Below are positions 55,056 through 64,000 of a DNA stretch of 64,000 nucleotides, in pieces. The DNA is taken from the NCBI GenBank assembly GCA_021827945.1, contig JAKATW010000076.1, forward strand, positions 7,395 to 71,394, given 5' to 3'. This DNA is from Thermoplasmata archaeon. GTDB lineage: Archaea; Thermoplasmatota; Thermoplasmata; Thermoplasmatales; GCA-001856825. The notes below the pieces were generated by a model. That model worked only from the letters and a program-made list of their open reading frames with translations, did no database searches and was not told the DNA's origin. A program made the translations under genes and the position numbers. Position 1 is the stretch's first letter. The number at the start of each line of letters is the position of its first letter.

Positions 55056-55683
55056 ACAGGAAAGTGTATCCAACAGCCACGTACGTCACAAAAGGAATCT
55101 TATAGACCCTCTTAGTTCCTTCAGTCCAGAATCTAACATTCTCTGACTCTTCTGAAACACTTTTCCACGCTTCGTGCTTTTTTGGCGTCTTATCACTTTG
55201 TTCACGACTAAAGAAAATCGATCCTACAGTTCCAATAATGCTGGCAATTAGTGCAACTGCCATAACCGGAGGGAAAAGGGAATCTATCGTGGGAAGGTGT
55301 GGATAAAGGGGCATTGCAATTGCAAGGGATTGAAGTGCCTTTACGTCTCCTCTTCCGAAGTTCTTGACCAATGTCCCGAACAATTTCACGATCAGAATAG
55401 AATATGAAAGTGAGATCGTGAGTGGTGAGAGATTGAAAACTGGCGGAATGACTAGTACCAAATATGTGATGAGGGAGAATTTCTTCAGGAAAAATTCTGA
55501 AATTACTGGGACCAGGAACAGAGCTATCCAGTAGTCAACAAAAATATAGTAGATCAAAAGTCCTGAATCAAGTATCAGAAAGATGAAGGTGGTTATCTTC
55601 CTCTTCCTGAAATCTTCATAACCAGCATACGCAAAGATGACCAACAGGGCTACTGGAATTAAGGGATAGCCCGATGGCAGCAT
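55027..55683 (-). CDS. A24-family aspartic prepilin/preflagellin peptidase (FlaK/PibD-like)
   Basis: About 218 aa from ATG 55683. Polytopic. The two Asp motifs are 'YEDFRKRKI' and 'GRGDVKAL'. The 3' end overlaps the rtcB 3' end convergently by 29 nt. Confidence 0.7.
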   Translation of the reverse strand: MLPSGYPLIPVALLVIFAYAGYEDFRKRKITTFIFLILDSGLLIYYIFVDYWIALFLVPVISEFFLKKFSLITYLVLVIPPVFNLSPLTISLSYSILIVKLFGTLVKNFGRGDVKALQSLAIAMPLYPHLPTIDSLFPPVMAVALIASIIGTVGSIFFSREQSDKTPKKHEAWKSVSEESENVRFWTEGTKRVYKIPFVTYVAVGYTFLFILSLLRLV

Positions 55684-55690
55684 CTGAGAG

Positions 55691-56443
55691 TCACCTCTTG
55701 CCGTTGGTAAAGAATTCCATTTTGCCCGACTCACTCCTCTTGTAAACTCCGAACTCTGTCATCTTCAGCACGTCGTCCATGCTGAATATGGTCCCGTCCT
55801 TGCAGACTCTGTAGCCATTGATGCTGCAGCTATCGCAGATTCCAACTCCGCACTTCATCAGTCTCTCCAGCGAAAAGAATACCTTGCTATGCGTTCTTCT
55901 ATCAACCCTGTCAATAAATGATTTTACCATCGGTTCGGGTCCACAGACGAACACGTAATCATACTCACTCAAATGTGGCAGAAACAAATCTATTACAGTT
56001 CCCTTGAAACCCAACGATCCGTCATCGGTTGCAATCTTGTATCCGTCCCTTATGAGGAAAAGGTCGTCCCTTGTCCTCGCGCCAACGAATACGTCACCCC
56101 TGTATTTGAGTATCATTGCGTTCAGGGACGCCACTCCGGTACCTCCCCCTACGTACGCAACCTTTCCACTAGGTTCTGGGTATGAGTTTCCATATGGTCC
56201 CCGGTAAAACACTCTATCACCTATCTTCAATCTCGAAAGGGTCTTAGTGGTTTCACCGAATGTCCTAAAGGTTATAGAGGGGGGGCTTGAAGTATTAGAT
56301 AGAGACATTGGTATTTCCTTGCCTCCCGGGACCCAGATCATTAGGAATTGTCCAGGTTTCGCTGTAATGGAGGAATCAAACTTCATAGTGAATACATCCT
56401 TATTCTCTCTGACCAACTCAGTGACCCTGGAGTGTACCATCAT
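55691..56443 (-). CDS. pyrK: Dihydroorotate dehydrogenase electron-transfer subunit
   Basis: 250 aa. Contains 'GQFLMIWVPG', 'GPYG', 'GGGTGVA' and 'CGVGICDSCSING'. It overlaps pyrD. Confidence 0.9.
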   Translation of the reverse strand: MMVHSRVTELVRENKDVFTMKFDSSITAKPGQFLMIWVPGGKEIPMSLSNTSSPPSITFRTFGETTKTLSRLKIGDRVFYRGPYGNSYPEPSGKVAYVGGGTGVASLNAMILKYRGDVFVGARTRDDLFLIRDGYKIATDDGSLGFKGTVIDLFLPHLSEYDYVFVCGPEPMVKSFIDRVDRRTHSKVFFSLERLMKCGVGICDSCSINGYRVCKDGTIFSMDDVLKMTEFGVYKRSESGKMEFFTNGKR

Positions 56444-57338
56444 TTACCATCACCCCCACGATTTCGTCAAGTCCTGAAAAACCTTCGCTGTCCAGGTACT
56501 GCGTGATCCCGTTATTAATCTTTTTATAGATCGGATAATCTTCATATAACAAAGCTGTCCCGATCTGAATCGCCCTTGCACCAACGAGGAAAAACTCTAT
56601 AGCATCCTGCCAGTTTGTGATTCCTCCAACTCCGACAATATCTTTTCCAGTTTCCTTATAAACATCGTAGACAGCTCTAAGAGCTACGGGCTTAATCCCA
56701 GGCCCTGAATAACCTCCGACAATGTTCGCAAGCACAAACTTCCTCGAGTAGATCTCAACTCCTGTAGCTCTGAGTGTATTTATCAGCACATAAGCATCTG
56801 CTTTTTCTGATGCCTTCGCTAATGAAATGATATCGGTGACGTTTGGCGTGAGTTTGGCCCAGATATGGAGATTCGTCCTCTCCTTTATCTCTGTTATTAT
56901 AGACTCGACAAGGTCTGCGTCCTGTCCTACCTCTGAACCGACCCCCTGTACATGGGGGCATGAAAGGTTCAATTCAATCTTGTCAAAACCAGCACCCTCT
57001 ACCTTCCGCGCAAGAGTAACGAAGTCCTCGACACTGCCACCAAATATGGAGACTATTGTTCGTTTCTTTTCCGGAAAATTCTTGAATTCCTCTATGAAAT
57101 TGTCTATACCCGGGTTCGAAAGCCCTACTGCATTGAGTAACCCGGTGCTTATCTCTGATATAACGGGGGTGGGGTAGCCTTTCCTCTCCTTCATCCCGAT
57201 AGATTTTGTAACAACAGCTCCAGCTCCTGACCTGATTGACCTGAGGATAGACCCAGAGGTTTCGTCCAGGATACCGCTTGCAAGAATGACGGGATTATCT
57301 AGTGAAAAGTTACCAACCTTCGTAGAAATCGAAGCCAT
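56418..57338 (-). CDS. pyrD: Dihydroorotate dehydrogenase catalytic subunit (class 1B)
   Basis: 306 aa. Contains 'NPVILASG', 'NAVGLSNPG', 'ELNLSCPH' and 'GGI..WQDAIEF'. Confidence 0.9.
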   Translation of the reverse strand: MASISTKVGNFSLDNPVILASGILDETSGSILRSIRSGAGAVVTKSIGMKERKGYPTPVISEISTGLLNAVGLSNPGIDNFIEEFKNFPEKKRTIVSIFGGSVEDFVTLARKVEGAGFDKIELNLSCPHVQGVGSEVGQDADLVESIITEIKERTNLHIWAKLTPNVTDIISLAKASEKADAYVLINTLRATGVEIYSRKFVLANIVGGYSGPGIKPVALRAVYDVYKETGKDIVGVGGITNWQDAIEFFLVGARAIQIGTALLYEDYPIYKKINNGITQYLDSEGFSGLDEIVGVMVNDGTLQGH

Positions 57339-57367
57339 CGAAGCAGATGTCGGAGTGAGATAAAAAT

Positions 57368-59134
57368 TTAGGCATAGTCAGCTAAAATCTTCTTCCTTTG
57401 GGAATGATACATCTCAATTATTTCTTGTTCGTTGGTCGTCTCGTCCACCTTCTTGTCTCCTCTCCATCTACCAGTAAACCTTGGGAATCTTATTGCGAGT
57501 CCTGCTCCTTTCTTCACTACGTTCAGGCAGCAAGTGTGGGTCGGTGAGAGGGTGATCTCCGCCCCCTTCACCTCAAGCATCAAAGACGGAGTGAACCAAA
57601 AGTCTGCGTCTATCGAACTCTCCACCCTAGGATCCCTCTTCTTTAGCTGATAGGGTTTCAGCATTCTAGGCAGATTATCCAACTGCTCTTCAGAAAACCC
57701 TGATCCCAGTTTACATATTGTCCTGAATTTGTCCTCCTCCCTGGAATAGACAGCCATTAGTAGTGCCCCATACCCTCCACTCCTCTTACCCTGCCCTCCA
57801 AATGCGCCGATGACAACAAGATCCACGGTATCTTCCATTTCAAGCTGGTATTCTCTCTTGTACTTGATCCAAAGGAACTCCCTTGCTCCCGGTTTATAGA
57901 TAGATTTATCGTCAATGCTCTTTGCCATGATTCCCTCGCATCCAGCCTCAAGCGCTTCGTTGAAGAACTTGTCAGCGGATTCGACGTCAGATACAATTCT
58001 ACTTTTTGCTATCTTTATCTTGTCGCTCTCCTCGATAGCGTTTGTGAGTTTGACTCTTCTGTTTGCGTAAGGTGTGTCCATTAAACTCTTGTTATTGAGC
58101 ATCATAGCGTCAAACAGAAACAGTACGACGGGTATCCGTTCGATTGCCTCCTTAAGGTAGTATTTCCTGCCACGTCTCTTAGAAATCTCCTGGAATGGAA
58201 GCATCTCATTGGTTTCCATATTAAATGGTACAGCTTCTCCGTCGAGAATGGCATTTTCAACTTTTACGAACTTCCTGATCTCCTCAACGATATCTGGGAA
58301 CTGTGACGTGATGTTCTCCATCCTTCTTGAAAAAAGTTCTACCTTGTTCCCGATCTTATGGACCTGAGTCCTGAGTCCGTCGTACTTGTATTCGATTGCA
58401 AATCTTCCATCCATTCTCTCAAGGATTTCTTTGAGTGATGGAAGTCTCTCTGCAAGCATCGATCTTATGGGTATACCAGGTGTTATCCTTATGGATGAGA
58501 GTGAGTCTATGCCACCTGCCATGGCCCGGTAGGCCAGCTCAGGCAGATCTGGCATTATGTTGTAAGCGCTCTCGACAAGATCAGTTTTATCTTTGGCGCC
58601 AAACGCTACCGCAATCGAGTCGACTATCGTCATGTCGGCAACTCCAATTCGCATCTTCCCGGTGACAATCCTTAAGAGGTATCTCACCTCTACAGGTTCA
58701 GCGTTGTGGAGTAGATCCAGAAGAATTTGTAGTTTTCTGGTTTGAGAGCCCTCGCCGGCTGACTTAGAAATCTTGAGCAGCGATTCATAGACCTTTCTTA
58801 CTGTGAGGTCCTCAGAGAATAGGGATGCTTGTTTCTTAGCATGTAACAATTCCTCCCCTATCTTTCCTAAATCTCCCTTTCTGACTAGCTCAGTCTCAAT
58901 CTCGTTCTCTCTGAGTCCACTCAGCGATGAAAGGGCTCTTATCCCTATTTTCTCTGCTATTCCCAGCTCAAGTCCCTCATAATCTGGAGCAACTTTACCC
59001 TGCAGAAGGTATACGGTCTCTTTGATGTCTTCATCCGTGTGCCTAAGTAGATCAGAAATGAGATCGACCATCTCAAGCCTCTTCGTTGTGTTTTCTATTT
59101 TGTCAAGCGTTTCTGCAAGTTCAAGGAATCTCAC
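57368..59134 (-). CDS. lig: ATP-dependent DNA ligase
   Basis: 588 aa. The adenylation motif is 'EYKYDGLRTQVH'. Also contains 'EGIMAK' and 'WIKYK'. Confidence 0.95.
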   Translation of the reverse strand: MRFLELAETLDKIENTTKRLEMVDLISDLLRHTDEDIKETVYLLQGKVAPDYEGLELGIAEKIGIRALSSLSGLRENEIETELVRKGDLGKIGEELLHAKKQASLFSEDLTVRKVYESLLKISKSAGEGSQTRKLQILLDLLHNAEPVEVRYLLRIVTGKMRIGVADMTIVDSIAVAFGAKDKTDLVESAYNIMPDLPELAYRAMAGGIDSLSSIRITPGIPIRSMLAERLPSLKEILERMDGRFAIEYKYDGLRTQVHKIGNKVELFSRRMENITSQFPDIVEEIRKFVKVENAILDGEAVPFNMETNEMLPFQEISKRRGRKYYLKEAIERIPVVLFLFDAMMLNNKSLMDTPYANRRVKLTNAIEESDKIKIAKSRIVSDVESADKFFNEALEAGCEGIMAKSIDDKSIYKPGAREFLWIKYKREYQLEMEDTVDLVVIGAFGGQGKRSGGYGALLMAVYSREEDKFRTICKLGSGFSEEQLDNLPRMLKPYQLKKRDPRVESSIDADFWFTPSLMLEVKGAEITLSPTHTCCLNVVKKGAGLAIRFPRFTGRWRGDKKVDETTNEQEIIEMYHSQRKKILADYA

Positions 59135-59718
59135 GCCTACACATACGATATCTACTAATAAATATCACCAAACTCTCTTGGAATAAATCTCTCCAAACTC
59201 CTGCTCATGGATGATTAATGTATCCAAGTAGATTGATGCGGGACTTTTCCACTGCAATAATTCTTGAGGATCGGCTTATACACCGGAGACAGGAAGTCAC
59301 CCAAAACGGGATTGGCACGAATGTCCCGACTGGTAGAACATCTGTTTCCGTCTGAAAGATCCGTGTTTCCATTATGGTTCAGCGAACCTCTCCCAGTTTG
59401 CTTCCTTGATCCCATCGAAGGAAAGATGTAGCAGGGTTAAGATTTCTTATTTCAAAGTTTGGATAGAGGCAGTATAAAAACACCGTCGAAAAGGAATTCG
59501 GCAAAACGTTCTTATACTCTAGAACTAGTTTAGAATCCATCTATTTCACCTCAAATATACGTCAAAATGTTGCGTTGATTCCAGATGCTCGCTAAATGCT
59601 TTTATTTGAGTAGAAACTCTGGAATTGATCCAGTTGAGACTTGAAATCCAGCTATCTGACCGATATCGATTTGTTGGAGAAATTAGAGTTAGTACTGGTT
59701 CGGGAAGAGGGATATAGA

Positions 59719-60879
59719 ATGGTAGAAGTTTTCATAGTTGGTGGAATGAGGACACCGTTAGGGAAGTACGGGAAGTCACTGGCTGGGTATAGTGCAATAG
59801 AACTCGGTGCTGCCGCGATCAAAGGTGCAATTCAGAATGCGGGAATTCAACCCTCGCAGGTTCAAGAAGTCGTAATGGGCAATGTAATTGAAGCTGGTCT
59901 CGGACAGGATCCCGCCCGACAAGCTGCAATAGCAGCAGGCATACCTGTGGAAGTATCAGGTTCGACTGTCAACATGGTCTGTGCTTCAGGCATGCTGGCT
60001 ATTGCTAATGCATACTATCAGATAAGGGCTGGACAGAGAGATGTGATGATAGTGGGGGGGATGGAGAGCATGAGCAACGCTCCTTTTCTGCTTGATTCGA
60101 GCTTCAGGAGAGAGAATAAAGGAATAAGTGCCTCGAGGCCTGTTATGGATTCAATGATAAAGGATGGACTTTGGGACTTCAAGTACAACAAGCACATGGG
60201 TGCGATATCAGATGACTGGGCAAAGAACCACAATGTAACCAGGGAGATGGCTGATGAGTATGCGCTTGAAAGCTTCAGAAGGGCGTCGGAGGCAACCAAG
60301 AACGGGTACTTCAAGAACGAAATCATTCCGATAAAGGGATTTGACATTGACGAGGGCATAAGGGAGACAAGCATGGAAATGCTTGCCAGTCTCAAGCCTT
60401 CATTCAGCCAGGACGGCGTACTTACTGCTGGTAACTCATCTCAACTTACTGATGGTGCTGCTGCTCTTGTTCTTGCAAATGAGGATTTTGTCAACCAGTA
60501 TTCACTCGAGAAGAGGGCTAAGGTCATCGGTTTTGATACAACTTCCATGGACCCAGCCGATTTTCCATTCTCTCCTGTTCCATCCGTAAAAAATCTACTC
60601 AAGAGAGTGGGAATGAAGATTGGTGACTTCGATTTGATTGAGCACAACGAGGCTTTTGCGGTAGCATCAGTTGCGGTAAGGAATGGACTTGGCGTTGACT
60701 GGAAGAAGTTCAACATCAGGGGAGGAGCAATTGCACTCGGTCATCCACTTGGAGCTTCTGGGGCTAGAATTGTCCTCACACTGCTCAGAGAATTAGAAGA
60801 CCTCAAACTGAGTAGGGGACTCGCCACTATCTGCCACGGTGGTGGCGGCGCGTATTCCATGGCAATAGAGGCGATCTAA
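59719..60879 (+). CDS. Acetyl-CoA C-acetyltransferase (thiolase II)
   Basis: About 386 aa from ATG 59719 ('MVEVFIVGGMRTPLGKYG'). Contains 'NMVCASG', 'GGMESMS', 'NEAFA' and 'CHGGGGA'. The track ORF starts at TTG 59641. Confidence 0.9.
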   Translation: MVEVFIVGGMRTPLGKYGKSLAGYSAIELGAAAIKGAIQNAGIQPSQVQEVVMGNVIEAGLGQDPARQAAIAAGIPVEVSGSTVNMVCASGMLAIANAYYQIRAGQRDVMIVGGMESMSNAPFLLDSSFRRENKGISASRPVMDSMIKDGLWDFKYNKHMGAISDDWAKNHNVTREMADEYALESFRRASEATKNGYFKNEIIPIKGFDIDEGIRETSMEMLASLKPSFSQDGVLTAGNSSQLTDGAAALVLANEDFVNQYSLEKRAKVIGFDTTSMDPADFPFSPVPSVKNLLKRVGMKIGDFDLIEHNEAFAVASVAVRNGLGVDWKKFNIRGGAIALGHPLGASGARIVLTLLRELEDLKLSRGLATICHGGGGAYSMAIEAI

Positions 60880-60880
60880 A

Positions 60881-61717
60881 ATGAAAATTGGAATAGTTGG
60901 AATGGGGATCATGGGATCAGGGATAGCACAGCTTTCTGCAACATCTGGCCACGAAGTGGTGGCGACGGATGTGAGTAAGGCATTCTACGACAGGGGGATG
61001 GTTTCGATAGGGAAGAGCCTGGACAAGCTCATCGAGAAGAAACTCGTCAATCAGGACAAGGGAAAGATTCTTGCGAGGATAGTTTATACGGATGACGTTA
61101 GGGCGTTCGCTGGATGTGAGATTGTGATTGAAGCTGTAGTGGAGAACTATAAGGATAAGGTCGAATTTTTCAGAAAGATAGAACCAATAGTCGCACCAAA
61201 CGCAATAATTGCCTCAAACACTTCGTCTATAAGCATAACGTCACTTGGAGCAAGTCTAAAGGACCCGTCTAGATTCCTGGGAATTCACTTTTTCAATCCG
61301 GTGGCCTTGATGAACCTCATTGAACTTGTCAAGGGAGTCAAGACATCCAACGAAGCGGTGGGTCGTGCAACAGAATTTGCAAAAAGCGTCGGCAAGGAAT
61401 ACGTTGTGGTGAATGATTCACCTGGCTTCGTCACGACAAGGGTGATTGCTCTGCTCGTCAATGAAGGTGCTTTTGAATACTCCGAGGGACTGGCTTCGAG
61501 GGAAGACATAGACAAGGCTCTCAAGCTTGGAGGGAACTTCCCGATGGGACCACTCACTCTTGGGGACCTCATTGGACTTGACACAGTAGTCAACATAATG
61601 GACGTGATGTACGACTCGTTCAAGGACCCAAAGTTCAGGGCTGCGCCGATACTCAGGAAAATGGTAGAGGCAGGAAAACTGGGCAGGAAAAGTGGAGAAG
61701 GATTCTACAAGTATTAG
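60881..61717 (+). CDS. hbd: 3-hydroxybutyryl-CoA / 3-hydroxyacyl-CoA dehydrogenase
   Basis: 278 aa. The Rossmann motif is 'IGIVGMGIMGSGIA'. Also contains 'NTSS', 'HFFNP' and 'GFVTTR'. It lies 1 nt after the thiolase stop. Confidence 0.9.
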   Translation: MKIGIVGMGIMGSGIAQLSATSGHEVVATDVSKAFYDRGMVSIGKSLDKLIEKKLVNQDKGKILARIVYTDDVRAFAGCEIVIEAVVENYKDKVEFFRKIEPIVAPNAIIASNTSSISITSLGASLKDPSRFLGIHFFNPVALMNLIELVKGVKTSNEAVGRATEFAKSVGKEYVVVNDSPGFVTTRVIALLVNEGAFEYSEGLASREDIDKALKLGGNFPMGPLTLGDLIGLDTVVNIMDVMYDSFKDPKFRAAPILRKMVEAGKLGRKSGEGFYKY

Positions 61718-61722
61718 CCCAA

Positions 61723-61753
61723 TAGGGCCAATTTGACCTTAAATGAGGCCCTA
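61723..61753 (+). terminator. Hairpin after hbd (possible terminator)
   Basis: TAGGGCC (61723-61729) pairs with GGCCCTA (61747-61753) across a 17-nt loop, 6 nt after the stop. Confidence 0.3.
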
Positions 61754-61846
61754 AACAAAGGAGGATTCTCTCCAAATCTTGTTCGGTATGGAGAATAAAG
61801 AAAGGAATGCCTAGGGTTAAAAAAAGAAAGAGAAGTCTAAGGAAAA

Positions 61847-62293
61847 CTATTCATCTGGTTCTGCCCATACGTCAGATGATCTCCACTCTGGCTCTCTTGA
61901 GATCTTCATTTTTATTTTCATTCCAACCTTCACTTTCTTCATGTCCTTAGTCTTCAGTCTTGTCAGGAACAGCGTGTCTACCCCTTCCAGATCGACATAT
62001 ACTAGCTGGAATGGAAGATCCTTGAGAAACCTCTCACCCGAGAAATATAGAGTGGAGAAGGTATGAATTGTTCCCTTACCCGATATCTCCACCCACCTTG
62101 TCTCCGCCAAACAATAAGGGCAATCTGATCTGGGTGGAAGGAATGTCTTCTTGCAATGGTCACATCGTGTCGCCGTTAGTTTCCCAGATGAGAGCGAAGT
62201 GAAGAATTTGGTCGTCTTGCCGTAGGAATGCTTGTAAGTAATCTCATATGGCGTGTTTATTATCAGTGGATCGATCGAATAAACTTCTGTCAT
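61847..62293 (-). CDS. DUF35 Zn-ribbon/OB-fold protein (thiolase-associated)
   Basis: 148 aa. The rubredoxin-like motif is 'CDHCKKTFLPPRSDCPYC'. It lies 4 nt downstream of the thiolase-like gene. Confidence 0.8.
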   Translation of the reverse strand: MTEVYSIDPLIINTPYEITYKHSYGKTTKFFTSLSSGKLTATRCDHCKKTFLPPRSDCPYCLAETRWVEISGKGTIHTFSTLYFSGERFLKDLPFQLVYVDLEGVDTLFLTRLKTKDMKKVKVGMKIKMKISREPEWRSSDVWAEPDE

Positions 62294-62297
62294 TTTT

Positions 62298-63590
62298 TCA
62301 CCTCTCCATGATTGTGGCTGTTACATATGTTCCGGTACCAGCGTGGGAGTGTATCAGACCCCTCTCTGCATTCTTGATTTGGGTTTTGTCCGAGCCGTGG
62401 AACTTCCCTGCGACACCCTGTAACTGCCAGAACATCTCAACACCCTGCATCACTCCAGTAGCTCCTACCGCATGCATCGTGCCTATGAGGCCACCTGAGG
62501 GGTTCACAGGCAGATCTCCATCGAGAGCTGTAATACCCTCTTCGATAAGCTTCCCTCCCTGTCCGTATTTAGTCAGGCCAAGGTCCTCATAAGTCTGTAT
62601 TTCGCTGCTGGTATAAGCATCATGGAGTTCAATCAGATCCAGCTGTTTCAGAGGATTTGTGATCCCTGCCATGTTGTAAGCCTGTCTGGCAGACTCTCTC
62701 CCAGCCCTGAATGAGTGCACTCCCGGATACTCCAATTTTCTGTACCATTCCTTCTTTTCGTGAGGTAACATCGGGACACCGGCGACCGTCCTTGGTCTAT
62801 CTCCCGCTCTCATTGCGTCAGTCCCAGCTCCAGTTCCGGTTATCCAGATAGGCGTATCAGTTATCTTCTTTGCCTTCTCTTCCGAAGCCAGGATAAGGAC
62901 TGCAGCTCCATCGCTCATGAGGCAGATGTCCAATCTCTTTAGCGGGAATGCAACGTATGGGGATTTCAGAACATCATCCATCGTAATTTTTCCCCCGTCT
63001 TTCATCCCGTACGGATTCATCTTAGGATTCGTCTGAGCAAATTTGTTGTGTTGAGCGTTGTTTCTGTTCTTCACCGCTACCATCGCCATCTGTTCCTCTG
63101 TGGTCCCAAACTCCTCCATGTGTCGCCTAGCCATCAGTGCATAGTATCCACTATAGAAACCCCCGATGGGAAAATCCCAATCAGTATCAGAGGCGAGAGC
63201 TATGAACTCGTTTCCCTTCGCGGTGTTCACTTCAGACATCTTCTCGAAGCCAATGACCATTGCAACATCGAGCAACCCAGAAGCCACGTGTGCGTAAGCA
63301 TCCCTGACCGCGAGCCCTCCCGTTGCGCCTCCTCCCTCTATTCTGACGGATGGTTTGGGGTTGAATCCGAGATAGTCCTGAATTATAGATCCAAACAACA
63401 GCTGGTTTTCGAAATGGTCCGAGAAATACGACACTATCGTCCCATCTATTTCGTCCTTCGACAGATTGATGTCGTTGTCAAACAATGCCATTCTTGCTGC
63501 TTCTGCTGCAAGTTCCTCTTGCGTCTTATCACGTCTGGACTTTGAGAAATAACTCAGCCCACCGGCCACTACTGCAACTTTCCTTGGCAA
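62298..63590 (-). CDS. Thiolase-fold protein, SCP-x / archaeal acetoacetyl-CoA thiolase type
   Basis: 430 aa. Contains 'EGGGATG', 'ELHDAYTSSE' and 'NPSGGLIG'. Pairing with DUF35 is typical of the archaeal thiolase complex. Confidence 0.85.
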   Translation of the reverse strand: MPRKVAVVAGGLSYFSKSRRDKTQEELAAEAARMALFDNDINLSKDEIDGTIVSYFSDHFENQLLFGSIIQDYLGFNPKPSVRIEGGGATGGLAVRDAYAHVASGLLDVAMVIGFEKMSEVNTAKGNEFIALASDTDWDFPIGGFYSGYYALMARRHMEEFGTTEEQMAMVAVKNRNNAQHNKFAQTNPKMNPYGMKDGGKITMDDVLKSPYVAFPLKRLDICLMSDGAAVLILASEEKAKKITDTPIWITGTGAGTDAMRAGDRPRTVAGVPMLPHEKKEWYRKLEYPGVHSFRAGRESARQAYNMAGITNPLKQLDLIELHDAYTSSEIQTYEDLGLTKYGQGGKLIEEGITALDGDLPVNPSGGLIGTMHAVGATGVMQGVEMFWQLQGVAGKFHGSDKTQIKNAERGLIHSHAGTGTYVTATIMER

Positions 63591-64000
63591 TTAATCACCT
63601 TTATGGCTAAACGTTAATCATTAATAAGAGTTTTTTACACTACCCGGCTATTTTTCTATGAAGTCCATTTGTCGTTTAAACTGTGACACAATCCATTTTC
63701 ATTATACGCCCTGAGATTCTGCTTAAATAAGTGGCCCTCAGGACTATAACTCTTCAACCTTGCAGTTGTATATGAGATTACAACCTCACATCTCAATGTT
63801 TGCGTTGAGGGTATTCTGTGCATACCACATTGCTGAAACAGATGCGATTCATTATTTCCATCAAACTCCTTACGCTCTTCACAATCTACAAACTGACTGA
63901 AATTGATACAAGGCGTTCCGAGTTTATGAGGTCTCAGGTCATAATACGCAAAAATGGAATGAATTAGAGTCTAAAACTCAGTAATAGTAGTACTCTCCGA

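Noticed and set aside
59215-59415. 66-aa minus-strand ORF (MGSRKQTGRGSLNHNGNTDLSDGNR...).
   Set aside because: It has a low-complexity composition, no motif and no obvious promoter or SD. It is probably spurious.
63670-63990. Stop-to-stop minus-strand frame of about 105 codons, Cys-containing (..GTPCINFSQFVDCEERKEF...QQCGMHRIPSTQTLRCEVV...).
   Set aside because: The first canonical start leaves only 55 aa. It has no recognisable family and lies at the window edge, so the evidence is insufficient for a feature call.
1-64000. Looked for CRISPR arrays, rRNA and tRNA genes across the whole window.
   Set aside because: I found no regularly spaced direct repeats and no T-loop-like GGTTCGAATCC or GGTTCAAATCC boxes in the intergenic gaps. 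I also saw no rRNA-like stretches. A covariance-model scan (tRNAscan-SE, Infernal) is still needed to be certain.

Overview
This is a dense, mostly housekeeping chromosomal segment from a euryarchaeon. Gene content looks Thermoplasmata-like: an HTH-riboflavin kinase fusion, a ClC-CBS channel, and surface proteins anchored by transmembrane (TM) helices and rich in N-glycosylation sequons. That placement is an inference, not a verified assignment.

Gene order, left to right:
- Surface-glycan cluster (0.6-6.7 kb): GT4, gmd, GT2, an alkaline-phosphatase (AlkP) superfamily enzyme, and an MFS transporter.
- Conserved ftsZ-secE-spt5-rpl11-rpl1-rpl10(P0)-rpl12(P1) block (6.9-11.3 kb).
- Asparaginase, pyrBI, and an aIF2beta/PIN/HTH-ribK operon.
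- Tandem ribbon-helix-helix (RHH) protein coupled to a truncated FtsZ-like GTPase (15.5-16.7 kb). This is the most unusual module.
- CN-hydrolase plus a polytopic membrane protein, then sua5.
- RHH/AlkP-superfamily/cysC operon flanked by long non-coding gaps.
- albA, tgtA, rps17e, priS, purSLQ.
- Transporters: MFS fused to a DUF47/PhoU-like domain, ClC, and APC.
- Molybdenum/tungsten island of about 14 kb (37.6-51.9 kb): arsA-like, moaC, moaB, two moeA, a Mo/W ABC transporter, aor, fdhA with a sulfhydrogenase beta/gamma-like module, and mobA.
- rtcB interrupted by a 498-aa intein.
- A24 prepilin-type peptidase, pyrK/pyrD, DNA ligase.
- Two thiolase systems.

I could not recognise any rRNA, tRNA or CRISPR array. 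All functional calls come from reading motifs in the translated ORFs. No database search was run.
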